In this document: piece after piece, positions 15,243-27,422 of the stretch
Layout of the letters: each line of letters begins with the position of its first letter
How positions within the stretch are numbered: the stretch's first letter is position 1
Assembly (NCBI RefSeq): GCF_988242995.1
Contig: NZ_OZ547043.1
Reading direction: 5' to 3' (one strand)
Length of the DNA stretch: 64,000 nucleotides
Translations under genes and position numbers: made by a program
Notes under the pieces: model-generated
Database searches by the model: none
What the model was told of the DNA's origin: nothing
The model's input: only the letters and a program-made list of their open reading frames with translations

Positions 15243-16712
15243 TTATTTCTTATCGTTCTGCGGGAACTTCATTTCGCTGTAGCGTACGAAGTGAGTTCCT
15301 TTAATCAGCTTGTAGCCGAACCAAATAATCAGGAACAGCGGGATACCAATATACGTTGCCGCTACGCCGCCCCAGTCAATGGTATCTTTAAGGAACGCTT
15401 CGTAGTTCTGGCCCAAAGTGATAATCAGACACAGAATGAATGCGAAGATCGGCCCCAATGGGAAGAAACCTGAACGGTACGGCAGATCGTTAATGTCGTG
15501 TCCCTGCAATACGTAACCGCGACGGAAGCGATAGTGGCTAATGGCAATCCCCAGCCAGGCGATAAAACCGGTCATCCCGGAGGTGTTCAGCAGCCACAGG
15601 TATACCGTCTGGTTGCCAAACATGGAGGTCAGGAAGCACAGACCGGCAATCACCGTCGTCGCATACAGCGCATTACGCGGCACGCCACCACGCGACAGTT
15701 TAGCGAAAATGCGCGGCGCTTTACCGTCACACGCCAGGGTGTACAGCATACGAGTAGACGCATACATACCGGAGTTACCCGCTGACAGCACCGCCGTCAG
15801 AATAACTGCGTTCATCACCGCCGCCGCAGAGAGCAGACCCGCGTGCTGGAACACCAGGGTGAACGGACTGACGCTGATGTCTTTAACATCGTTACGCAGC
15901 AGGCTCGGATCGGTGTACGGAATAATCAGGCTGATAATCAGGATCGCGAACACATAGAACAACAGGATTCGCCAGAACACCTGACGTACCGCGCGTGGAA
16001 TGTTTTTCGCCGGATCTTCGGACTCGCCTGCAGCAATACCGATCAGCTCGGTTCCCTGGAAAGAGAAGCCGACAATCATAGCTACGCCGATCATCGCCGC
16101 AAAACCACCAGCAAACGGCGCTTCGCCGATTGTCCAGTTGCTCCAGCCCGCAGGCTGCGCGCCTTTGAAGATACCGATAATCATCAGCACGCCAACGATG
16201 ATAAAGACAATAACTGTCGTGACTTTGATCAGTGAGAACCAGTATTCCGCTTCACCAAAGCCGCGAACTGAGATGTAGTTCAGCAGGAAGATAACGCCGA
16301 GGAACAGCGCACTCCAGATCCAGCCCGGTGTATCCGGGAACCACCAGCTCATGACCAGCTGAGCTGCAACCAGGTCAACGGCGATAGTCACCGCCCAGTT
16401 GTACCAGTAGTTCCAGCCCAGCGCGAAGCCAAAGCCTTCTTCAACATAGTTCTGACCGTAAGTGGCAAACGAACCGGAAACCGGCATATATGCAGCCAGT
16501 TCACCGAGACTGGTCATCAGGAAGTAAACCATCAGGCCAATCAACATATACGAGAGCAATGCCCCGCCCGGACCTGCCTGAGAAATCGTTGCGCCAGAGG
16601 CAACAAAAAGACCTGTACCGATGGAACCGCCAATGGCAATCATCGTCAGGTGACGCGCCTTTAATTCACGGCGTAAGCCCGGCGCTTCTGTAGTTTTAGT
16701 TTCGGAACCCAT
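15243..16712 (-). CDS. lysP: lysine-specific permease (APC family)
   Basis: 489-aa ORF with 12 TM segments; recognised LysP sequence. Confidence 0.9.
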   Translation of the reverse strand: MGSETKTTEAPGLRRELKARHLTMIAIGGSIGTGLFVASGATISQAGPGGALLSYMLIGLMVYFLMTSLGELAAYMPVSGSFATYGQNYVEEGFGFALGWNYWYNWAVTIAVDLVAAQLVMSWWFPDTPGWIWSALFLGVIFLLNYISVRGFGEAEYWFSLIKVTTVIVFIIVGVLMIIGIFKGAQPAGWSNWTIGEAPFAGGFAAMIGVAMIVGFSFQGTELIGIAAGESEDPAKNIPRAVRQVFWRILLFYVFAILIISLIIPYTDPSLLRNDVKDISVSPFTLVFQHAGLLSAAAVMNAVILTAVLSAGNSGMYASTRMLYTLACDGKAPRIFAKLSRGGVPRNALYATTVIAGLCFLTSMFGNQTVYLWLLNTSGMTGFIAWLGIAISHYRFRRGYVLQGHDINDLPYRSGFFPLGPIFAFILCLIITLGQNYEAFLKDTIDWGGVAATYIGIPLFLIIWFGYKLIKGTHFVRYSEMKFPQNDKK

Positions 16713-16916
16713 ACAAAAATGCTATCCATCTTAAAAATGAGGCGCGATTGTAGCAGACGATTGGCAATCCTTCCGGCAGAAATACACGGTTATAAGACAC
16801 CTTCATGATCGCCCAGGGATTATAAGTAAAGCAGCCAATCTCTTTTCTGGCGAATGCATGCTGAGGGCGCTGCGTCACGAAATCGACACAGCACCAGCAT
16901 GTTCTTGTACAGCAAC

Positions 16917-17798
16917 TTAACGCGGTACATTCGCGGGATCGCAATAGTCCAGAAAGCGCCGTAGCGCGTTGGAAAGGTGTTTTTGCCGATGATGTATACG
17001 CCACAACGTACGCATCAGGCGCGGCAGAGGGACCGCAACTTCACTTAATGTGCCTGCCTGCAATTGATCTTCAATCACCCGCCGCGACAGGCAACTAATT
17101 CCCAACCCATGACGCACCGCATGTTTGATTGCCTCGGAGTTACCTAATTCCATCGCCATCTCAAACTTCGGTAAATGTGACAGCAACAGATAATCGACAA
17201 TCTCCCGCGTGCCGGAGCCGCGTTCACGCAGGATCCACGGCGCAGCGGCCAGCTGTTCTAAGGTGACCGGACCACGAGCCAATGGCGAAGTCGGCGCGGC
17301 GAAAACCACCAGCTCGTCTTCCAGCCACGGTTCAGAAATGATTTCAGTGCTGTGGCACGGTCCTTCAATAAAGCCAATATCAACGCGGAAATCCAGCACC
17401 GCTTGCATCACGTCCTGGCTGTTCCCAACGCTAAGTTCAATCGGCAACTGCGGATAATCATGGCGATAACGGGCAATGACTGCAGGCAGAATGTAGTTAC
17501 CGATGGTACTACTGGCATAGATACGAATCGCACCGTTGTCTTCGCGAAACAGTTGTTCGATTTCGATCGCCTGTTCAAGCAGTGCCAACGCACGCGGATA
17601 GAGCAGTCGCCCGTGTTCATTAACTACCAGTCTTTTCCCCACGCGATCAAACAGTTGCACGCCAAGCTGCCCTTCCAGGTCGGTCAAGGCTGCGCTCACT
17701 GCTGATTGCGACAACGCCAGCATCACCGACGCCTGGGTGGTTGATCCACTTTTCAATACTTCTGCAAAAACTTCCAACTGCCGGAGGGTGATGTGCAT
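16917..17798 (-). CDS. yeiE: LysR-family transcriptional regulator
   Basis: 293-aa ORF with N-terminal HTH; divergent from yeiH. Confidence 0.85.
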   Translation of the reverse strand: MHITLRQLEVFAEVLKSGSTTQASVMLALSQSAVSAALTDLEGQLGVQLFDRVGKRLVVNEHGRLLYPRALALLEQAIEIEQLFREDNGAIRIYASSTIGNYILPAVIARYRHDYPQLPIELSVGNSQDVMQAVLDFRVDIGFIEGPCHSTEIISEPWLEDELVVFAAPTSPLARGPVTLEQLAAAPWILRERGSGTREIVDYLLLSHLPKFEMAMELGNSEAIKHAVRHGLGISCLSRRVIEDQLQAGTLSEVAVPLPRLMRTLWRIHHRQKHLSNALRRFLDYCDPANVPR

Positions 17799-17896
17799 AG
17801 TCGCTTACCACTTATAAAGATTAATTATAAATATATAATCAATTTTATTTTTAAACCAGTTAGTCGTAACCTTATGCCCGGTTAAAGGAGAGGGTT

Positions 17897-18946
17897 ATGA
17901 CGAATATCACCTTACAGAAACAACATCGTACACTGTGGCATTTTATTCCGGGGTTAGCCCTGAGTGCAGTTATCACCGGGGTCGCCCTGTGGGGTGGTTC
18001 CATTCCCGCGGTTGCGGGTGCCGGGTTTAGTGCCCTCACCCTCGCAATCTTGTTGGGGATGGTTTTAGGCAACACCATCTATCCGCACATCTGGAAAAGC
18101 TGTGACGGTGGTGTGCTGTTTGCCAAGCAATATTTATTACGTCTGGGTATCATTCTTTATGGCTTCCGTCTGACGTTCTCGCAAATTGCCGATGTCGGTA
18201 TCAGTGGGATCATCATTGACGTGTTGACGCTGTCCAGTACCTTCCTGCTGGCTTGCTTCCTGGGGCAGAAAGTGTTTGGTCTGGATAAGCACACCAGCTG
18301 GTTGATCGGTGCCGGTAGCAGTATTTGTGGTGCTGCCGCGGTACTGGCGACTGAGCCGGTAGTGAAAGCGGAAGCCAGTAAAGTAACCGTGGCTGTTGCA
18401 ACCGTTGTTATCTTCGGGACCGTCGCGATTTTCCTCTACCCGGCGATATATCCGCTGATGTCTCAATGGTTTAGTCCGGAAACTTTCGGTATCTACATTG
18501 GTTCTACTGTGCACGAAGTGGCGCAGGTGGTGGCGGCAGGTCATGCCATCAGCCCGGATGCGGAAAACGCAGCAGTTATTTCCAAAATGCTGCGCGTGAT
18601 GATGCTGGCTCCGTTCCTCATCCTGCTGGCGGCGCGTGTTAAACAGCTGTCTGGGGCGAACAGCGGCGAGAAAAGCAAAATCACTATTCCGTGGTTTGCC
18701 ATCTTGTTCATCGTAGTTGCCATCTTTAACTCGTTCCACCTGTTACCGCAGAGCGTGGTGAACATGCTGGTAACGCTGGATACCTTCCTGCTGGCAATGG
18801 CGATGGCGGCGCTGGGTCTGACCACTCACGTCAGCGCACTGAAAAAAGCCGGGGCGAAACCTCTGCTGATGGCACTGGTACTGTTTGCCTGGCTGATTGT
18901 TGGTGGTGGTGCGATTAACTATGTGATTCAAAGCGTCATCGCATAA
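17897..18946 (+). CDS. yeiH: UPF0324-family inner membrane protein
   Basis: 349-aa polytopic membrane ORF divergent from yeiE. Confidence 0.8.
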   Translation: MTNITLQKQHRTLWHFIPGLALSAVITGVALWGGSIPAVAGAGFSALTLAILLGMVLGNTIYPHIWKSCDGGVLFAKQYLLRLGIILYGFRLTFSQIADVGISGIIIDVLTLSSTFLLACFLGQKVFGLDKHTSWLIGAGSSICGAAAVLATEPVVKAEASKVTVAVATVVIFGTVAIFLYPAIYPLMSQWFSPETFGIYIGSTVHEVAQVVAAGHAISPDAENAAVISKMLRVMMLAPFLILLAARVKQLSGANSGEKSKITIPWFAILFIVVAIFNSFHLLPQSVVNMLVTLDTFLLAMAMAALGLTTHVSALKKAGAKPLLMALVLFAWLIVGGGAINYVIQSVIA

Positions 18947-19019
18947 ACCACTACATCTTGCTCCTGTTAACCCGCTATCATTACCGTTTTCCTCCAGCGG
19001 GTTTAACAGGAGTCCTCGC

Positions 19020-19877
19020 ATGAAATACATTGGAGCGCACGTTAGTGCTGCTGGCGGTCTGGCAAATGCCGCAATTCGCGCCGCCGAAATCGACGCAACC
19101 GCGTTTGCCTTGTTCACCAAAAACCAACGTCAGTGGCGTGCCGCACCGCTCACGACGCAAACCATCGATGAATTCAAAGCCGCCTGTGAAAAATATCACT
19201 ACACATCGGCGCAAATTCTTCCCCACGACAGTTATCTGATTAACCTCGGACATCCGGTCGCTGAAGCTCTGGAAAAATCGCGCGATGCGTTTATAGATGA
19301 AATGCAGCGTTGCGAACAGCTGGGGCTTTCTTTGCTCAACTTCCACCCTGGCAGCCATCTGATGCAGATTTCAGAAGAGGATTGCCTTGCGCGTATTGCC
19401 GAATCCATCAACATTGCGCTGGATAAAACTCATGGTGTGACAGCGGTGATTGAAAACACCGCCGGTCAGGGCAGTAACTTAGGGTTTAAATTCGAACATC
19501 TCGCGGCGATTATCGACGGCGTTGAAGATAAATCCCGCGTCGGCGTCTGCATTGATACCTGCCATGCTTTCGCTGCCGGGTATGATTTGCGTACTCCAGC
19601 CGAATGCGAGAAAACGTTCGCTGATTTTGCCCGTATTGTTGGCTTTAAGTATCTGCGCGGGATGCACCTTAACGATGCGAAAAGCACCTTTGGCAGCCGC
19701 GTTGACCGCCATCATAGCCTTGGTGAAGGCAATATCGGTCATGATGCGTTCCGCTGGATCATGCAGGACGACCGTTTCGACGGCATTCCGCTGATCCTTG
19801 AAACCATCAACCCGGATATCTGGGCAGAAGAGATCGCCTGGCTGAAAGCGCAACAAACTGAAAAAGCGGTAGCCTGA
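19020..19877 (+). CDS. nfo: endonuclease IV (AP endonuclease)
   Basis: 285-aa ORF; recognised Nfo sequence ([13 protein letters not shown]…). Confidence 0.92.
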   Translation: MKYIGAHVSAAGGLANAAIRAAEIDATAFALFTKNQRQWRAAPLTTQTIDEFKAACEKYHYTSAQILPHDSYLINLGHPVAEALEKSRDAFIDEMQRCEQLGLSLLNFHPGSHLMQISEEDCLARIAESINIALDKTHGVTAVIENTAGQGSNLGFKFEHLAAIIDGVEDKSRVGVCIDTCHAFAAGYDLRTPAECEKTFADFARIVGFKYLRGMHLNDAKSTFGSRVDRHHSLGEGNIGHDAFRWIMQDDRFDGIPLILETINPDIWAEEIAWLKAQQTEKAVA

Positions 19878-19879
19878 AG

Positions 19880-20968
19880 ATGAATAACCGGGAAAAGGAG
19901 ATCCTTGTAATTTTACGGCGTAACCCGCTGATTCAGCAGAACGAAATTGCGGATATGCTGCAAATCAGCCGTTCGCGTGTTGCGGCGCATATTATGGATT
20001 TAATGCGCAAAGGTCGGATTAAAGGCAAAGGTTACATTCTCACCGAGCAGGAATACTGCGTAGTGGTGGGGACAATCAATATGGATATTCGCGGGATGGC
20101 GGATATCCGTTACCCGCAAGCGGCTTCTCATCCCGGTACAATTCATTGCTCGGCAGGCGGCGTTGGACGCAATATCGCCCACAATCTGGCGCTGTTAGGC
20201 CGCGACGTCCATTTGCTTTCAGTGATTGGCGATGACTTTTATGGCGAAATGCTCCTGGAAGAAACGCGCCGCACCGGCGTGAATGTCTCCGGCTGCGTTC
20301 GTTTACATGGTCAAAGCACATCGACGTATCTGGCAATTGCCAATCGAGACGATCAAACCGTGCTGGCGATTAACGATACCCATCTGCTGGAACAGTTGAC
20401 ACCGCAACTACTGAACGGGTCGCGCGATTTACTTCGTCATGCGGGCGTGGTACTGGCTGATTGCAACCTGACAGCCGAGGCGCTGGAGTGGGTCTTTACC
20501 CTCGCTGATGAAATCCCGGTGTTTGTCGATACCGTTTCAGAATTCAAAGCGGGCAAAATCAAACACTGGCTGGCGCATATTCACACCCTGAAACCCACTT
20601 TACCGGAGCTGGAAATTTTATGGGGACAGGCGATCACCAGCGATGCTGACCGTAATGCCGCAGTGAATGCGTTGCATCAGCAAGGCGTTCAGCAACTGTT
20701 TGTTTATTTGCCCGATGAGTCAGTTTATTGCAGCGAAAAGGATGGAGAACAATTTTTGCTGACCGCACCAGCGCATACGACAGTAGACAGTTTTGGTGCT
20801 GACGATGGTTTTATGGCGGGTCTGGTATATAGCTTTCTGGAAGGAAACAATTTCCGTGACAGCGCCCGTTTTGCGATGGCCTGCGCGGCAATTTCACGCG
20901 CCAGCGGCAGCTTAAACAACCCTACCCTGTCTGCCGAAAACGCGCTTTCATTAGTGCCGATGGTGTAA
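19880..20968 (+). CDS. yeiI: sugar kinase with N-terminal HTH domain
   Basis: 362-aa ORF; PfkB/ribokinase-like motifs; paralogous to psuK. Confidence 0.8.
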   Translation: MNNREKEILVILRRNPLIQQNEIADMLQISRSRVAAHIMDLMRKGRIKGKGYILTEQEYCVVVGTINMDIRGMADIRYPQAASHPGTIHCSAGGVGRNIAHNLALLGRDVHLLSVIGDDFYGEMLLEETRRTGVNVSGCVRLHGQSTSTYLAIANRDDQTVLAINDTHLLEQLTPQLLNGSRDLLRHAGVVLADCNLTAEALEWVFTLADEIPVFVDTVSEFKAGKIKHWLAHIHTLKPTLPELEILWGQAITSDADRNAAVNALHQQGVQQLFVYLPDESVYCSEKDGEQFLLTAPAHTTVDSFGADDGFMAGLVYSFLEGNNFRDSARFAMACAAISRASGSLNNPTLSAENALSLVPMV

Positions 20969-21023
20969 CAATGTTGCCGGATTCGACGCTTGACCGCGTC
21001 TTATCCGGCTCATAACTCGCGCA

Positions 21024-22274
21024 CTACGCTAAGCCAATAAAAAATCCGGCAATGGTAGCGCTCATCAGGTTAGAAAGTGTCGCCGCTGCCAGCGCCCGTA
21101 AACCAAGCTGGGCGATTTCCGGTGCACGGTGTGGCGCAACCGCAGAAAACGCCCCCACCACCACCCCGATAGAACCAAAGTTAGCGAAACCGCACAACGC
21201 GAAAGAAATAATCGCCACGGTTTTAGCATCCAGAGTGCCAGCTGTTTGCAGATAAGGTGAGAAATTGAGGTAAGCGACAAATTCATTAATCGCCAGTTTC
21301 TGTCCAATCAAACTCCCGGCAAGATTCGCATCAGTCCAGTCAACACCCATTACCCACGCCAGTGGGGCCAGCAGGTAACCTAAAATGGACTCCAGCGAGG
21401 CATGTTCAAAACCAAACCAGCCGCCAACGCCGCCGATAATACCGTTAATTAACGCAATGATGGCGACAAATGCCATCACTACTGTCGCCACACCTGCGGC
21501 GATTTTCAGTCCGGTCATTGCCCCTGTAGCGGCGGCTTCAATAATGCTTTTTGGCGGTGTTTCGGTGAAAGAGAGGTTATTAAAGGAAACCTGCGAAGAT
21601 TCGGTAGCCGGGCTTAACAGGCGGGCAAACAAGATCCCGCCGGGGATCGCCATTAACGATGCCGCTAGCAGATATTCCACAGGCACGCCCAGTGCGGCGT
21701 AACCAATCATTGTCGAACCAGCAATCGAGGCCATGCCACTACAAATAGCCGTAAATAATTCATTGCGATTCAGACGATCGATAAAGGGTTTGACGATTGC
21801 CGGAATTTCGTTTTGCCCGAGGAAAATGGTAGTGACAGCGACGAATGACTCAATCTTGCTGATATTCAATGCTTTCTGGAATATACCGCCGAGAATGCGA
21901 ATTAAGATCCCCATCACACCGATGTAGTAGAGAATACTCACCAGTGCTGTAACGAAGATAATTGCCGGTAATACCCTGAAACCAAAGATAAATCCTGCGC
22001 CATCAAACAGCGTGTCCATTTTCGGCCCGACCAGCGAACCGAAGATAAATGCGCTACCCGCGTCGCTGTACGCCATCACTTTATGCACGCCAAAAGCGAC
22101 TTTTTCAGCGACCCAACGCCCTGGCGGTAACCAAAGCATAATGCCGCCAATCACGACCTGTAACACTAACCCCGCGCCAACGGTACGCAGGCTGATCTTC
22201 TTCTTGTTTACTGACAGCAAAAACGCAATTGCCAGCAATACCACCATTCCCAGAACACTTCTCATGACATCCAT
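21024..22274 (-). CDS. nupX: nucleoside permease (CNT family)
   Basis: 416-aa membrane ORF; close paralog of psuT at 24211..25461. Confidence 0.85.
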   Translation of the reverse strand: MDVMRSVLGMVVLLAIAFLLSVNKKKISLRTVGAGLVLQVVIGGIMLWLPPGRWVAEKVAFGVHKVMAYSDAGSAFIFGSLVGPKMDTLFDGAGFIFGFRVLPAIIFVTALVSILYYIGVMGILIRILGGIFQKALNISKIESFVAVTTIFLGQNEIPAIVKPFIDRLNRNELFTAICSGMASIAGSTMIGYAALGVPVEYLLAASLMAIPGGILFARLLSPATESSQVSFNNLSFTETPPKSIIEAAATGAMTGLKIAAGVATVVMAFVAIIALINGIIGGVGGWFGFEHASLESILGYLLAPLAWVMGVDWTDANLAGSLIGQKLAINEFVAYLNFSPYLQTAGTLDAKTVAIISFALCGFANFGSIGVVVGAFSAVAPHRAPEIAQLGLRALAAATLSNLMSATIAGFFIGLA

Positions 22275-22373
22275 AGTTATTATCTCTTCATGTCATTTTG
22301 GGCGACGGCTTTCTGCCCATCAGAAATAGCCGGGCCTGCATCTTGCGATACTGACCCGGCTTGTTATCAACAC

Positions 22374-23315
22374 TTAATGGGTTTTGATGTAGCCGCGCAC
22401 GCACTCTTCGACTAATCCCCAGAACCAGTCAGTATCAATAGTGATGCCGACTTTGGTATTGGCGGGCTTGCCAAGAACGCCCAGTTCGTCGCAGACCGTA
22501 CGCCCATAGCAAGGGCCGCTGTTGACGTCCACTTCGACGTACATATCCTGGGTTTTAATGCCATCAGGGTTGATCAGATAACCGATGCAGGTGGCGTCGT
22601 GCACCGGGCCGCCAGCCAGGCCATAGTTTTCGAACTGGGTTTTGAGAGTGAAGTTCATGATGTCGCTGAACAGCTCTCCGGCAGGGCCGCCTGCCCTTTC
22701 CATCCGAGCAATCACGTCCGGGGTGCAAACGGTCTGGTTGGTGAGATCGAGGCCCATCATCACCAACGGAACGCCGGAGGTGAACACCACGCGTGCGGCT
22801 TCCGGGTCAGCAAAGATGTTGAACTCGGCAGATGGGGTGAAGTTGCCAGTACCGTAAGCGCCGCCCATCAGCACAATTTCACGGATTTTCGGCAGGATCG
22901 CGGGTTGCATACGCATTGCCACCGCGATGTTTGAAAGTGGGCCAACCGGCACCAGAGTGATATCGCCATCGCTTGCCATCAGGGTATCAATGATGTATTT
23001 CACCGCATGGGTACTTTCTGCCTGGCGGGTCAGCGGCTCGAATACCGGGCCATCAAGTCCGGTTTCACCGTGAATATTATCGGCAACGATTTGTTGCCGC
23101 ATAATGGGCTGAGGCATCCCCGCATAAACCGGAACATTAATCTCCAGTTTCTGGCAAACATTCAGGCCATTAATTAATGTTTTATCAAGCGTCTGATTAC
23201 CCGCCACAATGGTGATGCCTAATAAATCAATCACCGGATGTTTCGCGGCCATCATTATGGCAATAGCATCATCATGACCCGGATCACAATCCAGAATAAT
23301 TTTTCTCTTTTCCAT
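22374..23315 (-). CDS. rihB: pyrimidine-specific ribonucleoside hydrolase
   Basis: 313-aa ORF with N-terminal DCDPGHDDA nucleoside-hydrolase motif. Confidence 0.9.
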   Translation of the reverse strand: MEKRKIILDCDPGHDDAIAIMMAAKHPVIDLLGITIVAGNQTLDKTLINGLNVCQKLEINVPVYAGMPQPIMRQQIVADNIHGETGLDGPVFEPLTRQAESTHAVKYIIDTLMASDGDITLVPVGPLSNIAVAMRMQPAILPKIREIVLMGGAYGTGNFTPSAEFNIFADPEAARVVFTSGVPLVMMGLDLTNQTVCTPDVIARMERAGGPAGELFSDIMNFTLKTQFENYGLAGGPVHDATCIGYLINPDGIKTQDMYVEVDVNSGPCYGRTVCDELGVLGKPANTKVGITIDTDWFWGLVEECVRGYIKTH

Positions 23316-23483
23316 TGTTTATTTCCTCTGTTTCCAGTTGCGTTATTTTTTCTACAGCAAAGAAAATTCGACCGGGCCGATGATTGAATCTTAACAACAG
23401 CGTAAGTATGCTAAATATGAGAAATCTCATAGCGGATAAACATCGTGAAAGAAATCCACAATAATGACCTTAAGCAGCAATTG

Positions 23484-24143
23484 ATGAGTGAATCTGCGTT
23501 TAAGGATTGCTTTTCAACGGATGTTTCAGCCGATACGCGGCTGTTTCATTTTTTAGCGCGTGACTACATTGTGCAGGAAGGGCAACAGCCGTCATGGCTG
23601 TTTTATCTGACGCGAGGCCGCGCCAGGCTTTACGCCACGCTTGCTAATGGTCGCGTGTCGCTGATCGATTTCTTTGCCGCCCCCTGTTTTATTGGTGAGA
23701 TTGAGTTAATCGATAAAGACCATGAACCGCGTGCGGTGCAGGCTATTGAAGAGTGTTGGTGCCTTGCGCTCCCTATGAAACATTACCGTCCGCTGTTATT
23801 AAACGACACACTATTTTTACGAAAACTCTGCGTTAGTTTAAGCCATAAAAATTATCGCAATATTGTTTCTTTAACTCAGAATCAATCATTTCCGTTAGTG
23901 AATCGCCTGGCAGCTTTTATATTACTCTCACAAGAAGGTGATCTTTATCACGAAAAACATACCCAGGCAGCAGAGTATTTAGGTGTTACTTATCGTCACT
24001 TGCTATATGTGATCGCTCAACTCATTCACGACGGTTTATTAATTAAAAGTAAGAAAGGGTATTTAATTAAAAACAGAAAGCAGTTGTCAGGACTGGCGCT
24101 GGAGATGGACCCGGAGAATAAATTCTCCGGGATGATGCAGTAA
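23484..24143 (+). CDS. yeiL: CRP/FNR-family transcriptional regulator
   Basis: 219-aa product from ATG at 23484 (the listed ORF extends 13 codons upstream); cNMP-binding-like domain plus C-terminal HTH. Confidence 0.8.
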   Translation: MSESAFKDCFSTDVSADTRLFHFLARDYIVQEGQQPSWLFYLTRGRARLYATLANGRVSLIDFFAAPCFIGEIELIDKDHEPRAVQAIEECWCLALPMKHYRPLLLNDTLFLRKLCVSLSHKNYRNIVSLTQNQSFPLVNRLAAFILLSQEGDLYHEKHTQAAEYLGVTYRHLLYVIAQLIHDGLLIKSKKGYLIKNRKQLSGLALEMDPENKFSGMMQ

Positions 24144-24210
24144 AAAATAATCTGCAATAGCGCGATTGCCGGATGCAACGCTTAATAAGGCGTACATCCG
24201 GCAATGAAAC

Positions 24211-25461
24211 TCAAGCTAAACCAATAAAGAACCCGGCAATGGTCGCGCTCATCAGGTTGGAAAGCGTTGCTGCTGCCAGCGCCCGTAAACCAAGCTGGGC
24301 GATTTCCGGAGCACGTTTTGGCGAAATAGCCGAAAATGCCCCAACGACAACACCGATAGAACCAAAGTTAGCAAAACCACAAAGCGCAAAGGAGATAATC
24401 GCAATGGTTTTCACTTCCAGCGTGCCGCCCGTTTGCAGGTATGGGGAGAAACTCAGGTAAGCGACAAATTCGTTAATCGCCAGTTTCTGCCCAATCAGGC
24501 TACCCGCAAGGTTGGCATCACTCCAGTCCACACCCATGATCCACGCCAGCGGTGCCAGCACATAGCCAAAAATACTTTCCAGAGAGGCATTGGCGAAACC
24601 AAACCAGCCGCCAATTCCGCCGATAATGCCGTTGATCAGCGCAATAATTGCGACAAACGCCATTACCACCGTCGCTACACCAGCGGCGATTTTCAACCCG
24701 GTCATTGCCCCTGTAGCGGCGGCTTCAATAATGCTTTTTGGCGGCGTTTCGCTGAACGACAGATTTTCAAATGTGACCTGCGAAGGCTCGGTTGCCGGGC
24801 TAAGAATACGTGCAAACAAAATACCACCAGGGATCGCCATCAGCGATGCCGCTAACAGGTAGTCAATTGGTACGCCCATTCCGGCATAACCAATCATCAT
24901 CGAACCGGCAATGGACGCCATCCCGCTACAAATTGCCGTAAATAGCTCGTTGCGATTCATGCGATCGATAAACGGTTTTACGATCGCCGGGATCTCATTT
25001 TGCCCGAGGAAAATAGTGGTAACCGCAACAAAAGATTCGATTTTGCTGATGTTGAGGGCTTTCTGAAAAATACTGCCAAGAATGCGGATTAGCAGCCCCA
25101 TCACGCCAATGTAGTACAGCAGGCTGATGAGCGCAGTGACGAAGATAATCGCCGGGAGTACGCGAAAGGCGAAGATAAAGCCCGCGCCATCAAACAGGAC
25201 ATCCATTTTCGGCCCGACCAATGAACCAAAAATAAAGGCACTACCGGCATCACTGTAAGACATCACTTTATGAACGCCTAATGCCGCCTGCTCTACCGCC
25301 CATTTTCCTGGTGGAAAATAGAGCATGATGCCGCCAATGGCGATTTGTAGCAGCAGCGCGGCTCCAACCGTGCGCAAACTGATGCTCTTTTTATTCACTG
25401 ACAACAAAAATGCTATTGCCAGTAACACCACCATCCCCACAACACTTCTCATTATATCCAT
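24211..25461 (-). CDS. psuT: putative pseudouridine/nucleoside transporter (CNT family)
   Basis: 416-aa ORF; paralog of nupX; upstream of psuG-psuK. Confidence 0.85.
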   Translation of the reverse strand: MDIMRSVVGMVVLLAIAFLLSVNKKSISLRTVGAALLLQIAIGGIMLYFPPGKWAVEQAALGVHKVMSYSDAGSAFIFGSLVGPKMDVLFDGAGFIFAFRVLPAIIFVTALISLLYYIGVMGLLIRILGSIFQKALNISKIESFVAVTTIFLGQNEIPAIVKPFIDRMNRNELFTAICSGMASIAGSMMIGYAGMGVPIDYLLAASLMAIPGGILFARILSPATEPSQVTFENLSFSETPPKSIIEAAATGAMTGLKIAAGVATVVMAFVAIIALINGIIGGIGGWFGFANASLESIFGYVLAPLAWIMGVDWSDANLAGSLIGQKLAINEFVAYLSFSPYLQTGGTLEVKTIAIISFALCGFANFGSIGVVVGAFSAISPKRAPEIAQLGLRALAAATLSNLMSATIAGFFIGLA

Positions 25462-25554
25462 AATGATTTTCCCTTCATGCCAGTAAACCCGGCGTCAGCG
25501 CCAGGTTTTGGTATGTATGATCAGTACGGGCGACGGCTTTCTGCCCGTCAGAAA

Positions 25555-26493
25555 TTAACCCGCGAGACGCTGGTATTCTTTGGCAATTTCACTCGCCAGA
25601 ATGGCGTTGTTGAACACCAGTTGGATGTTGGATTTCAGGCTGTCACCGCCAGTCAGTTCAGCAACACGAGCCAGCAGGAACGGTGTGCTTTCTTTACCAA
25701 TAACGCCCTGCTCTTCGGCTTCTGCCACTGCCTGATCAATCGCAGCGTTAATGGTCTGTTCCGGCATCGCAAACTGTTCCGGGATCGGGTTCGCTACCAC
25801 GAGGCCACCGTTCAGCCCGCTTTGCCATTTCACCGCCATTGCACGGGCAATTTCGCTGGCGCTGTCGAGACGAATGCTGACGTCAAACGGGCTGGTGCGG
25901 CAGAAAAACGCAGGCAGCGCTTTGGTCTGATAGCCAATTAGTGGCACACCGAAGGTTTCTAAATATTCTGTTGTTAATCCTAAATCGAGAATAGATTTCG
26001 CCCCGGCACAAACAACGGTGACATTAGTATTTGCCAGTTCTTGCAAATCGGCAGAAATATCGAAGGTATGTTCCGCCCCGCGATGCACACCACCAATTCC
26101 CCCGGTGGCAAATACTTTAATTCCGGCAAGCGCCGCAATAATCATCGTTGAAGCCACAGTGGTTGCGCCATTTTTTCCGGCGGCAACAACAAAAGGTAAA
26201 TCGCGACGACTAACTTTGGTCACGTTATGCCCTTCGCGACCCAGTAATTCAATTTCTTCTTTGCTTAAACCCACTTTCATCACGCCGCCAATAATGGCGA
26301 TAGTGGCAGGTACAGCGCCCTGTTTACGAATAGTTTCTTCAACTTCAATTGCGGTCTGGGCATTTTGTGGGAACGGCATCCCGTGAGAAATAATGGTCGA
26401 TTCCAGCGCCACAACCGGTTTTTTGTTTTTTAAAGCGTCCTGCACTTCCGGGGAAATTTGTAATAATTCAGGGGAAATTTTTAATTCAGACAT
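25555..26493 (-). CDS. psuG: pseudouridine-5'-phosphate glycosidase
   Basis: 312-aa ORF; recognised PsuG sequence; overlaps psuK stop. Confidence 0.9.
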   Translation of the reverse strand: MSELKISPELLQISPEVQDALKNKKPVVALESTIISHGMPFPQNAQTAIEVEETIRKQGAVPATIAIIGGVMKVGLSKEEIELLGREGHNVTKVSRRDLPFVVAAGKNGATTVASTMIIAALAGIKVFATGGIGGVHRGAEHTFDISADLQELANTNVTVVCAGAKSILDLGLTTEYLETFGVPLIGYQTKALPAFFCRTSPFDVSIRLDSASEIARAMAVKWQSGLNGGLVVANPIPEQFAMPEQTINAAIDQAVAEAEEQGVIGKESTPFLLARVAELTGGDSLKSNIQLVFNNAILASEIAKEYQRLAG

Positions 26494-27422
26494 TCTGCGT
26501 TCTCCACTAACGATATAACGTTGGCAATCGATAAATCGGGGTTATTGGTGTATTCACAGGAGAGCGCCATTGACGAACATCCCTGTGCGAAACGAACAGA
26601 TTCGGCAAACGGCATTCCGTCTACCCAACACGAAGCAAGTCCCGCCATCATGGCATCGCCCGCTCCGGTAACATTAATGACATTGGTTTTGATCGGCGCA
26701 GACCAACCATTTTCACCGCTGATATCACTGTAATAAACGCCGTCGCCGCCCATGCTCAATACCAGTCGGTTCAGGCCATGTTGATGGAACCAGGCAGCAA
26801 CTATTGCCACATCTTCACGCCCTGACAAAGCAATCCCACTCAGGGTTTCCGCTTCAAGGCGGTTTGGCTTCAGGGTGTGGATCTGATTTAGACGGTCGCG
26901 CACTTTGACACATTTCCATGCCGAAACCGGATCGACAAATACGGGTACGTTGGCGGCATTATCCAGAATCCATGCCAGTGCCTCTTCACTGATATTACAG
27001 TCCGCGACAATGACCTTTGCCCTCTGAATAAATTCACAGTGCTGTGCGAGATATTCAGCTGTAATAGCGTTGCTAATATTCATGTCATTTATAGCAACCA
27101 GCATTTCACCGGTATTATCGAGTAATGATAAATAGCTCGACGTATTTTCTCCCGGCACAATCAGGCATTTATCGACATAAACGCCAGATTGATTGGTTTG
27201 CGTTAGCAGCGATTGACCATAAAAATCACTGCCTACTGCGCTCAGTAGCCAGGCTTTGTTACCCAGCAACGCCAGGTTTTGTGCAATATTTCGCCCGACT
27301 CCACCAGGCGTAAATTTTATTTTACCTGGATTTGAATCCGCATAATTTAATGATTCATGTGAATATCCGGCGATATCAATATTCGCCGAACCTATAATTA
27401 CGACATAATCCTTTTCGCGCAT
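26481..27422 (-). CDS. psuK: pseudouridine kinase (PfkB family)
   Basis: 313-aa ORF; ribokinase-like GAGD motif. Confidence 0.88.
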   Translation of the reverse strand: MREKDYVVIIGSANIDIAGYSHESLNYADSNPGKIKFTPGGVGRNIAQNLALLGNKAWLLSAVGSDFYGQSLLTQTNQSGVYVDKCLIVPGENTSSYLSLLDNTGEMLVAINDMNISNAITAEYLAQHCEFIQRAKVIVADCNISEEALAWILDNAANVPVFVDPVSAWKCVKVRDRLNQIHTLKPNRLEAETLSGIALSGREDVAIVAAWFHQHGLNRLVLSMGGDGVYYSDISGENGWSAPIKTNVINVTGAGDAMMAGLASCWVDGMPFAESVRFAQGCSSMALSCEYTNNPDLSIANVISLVENAECLN

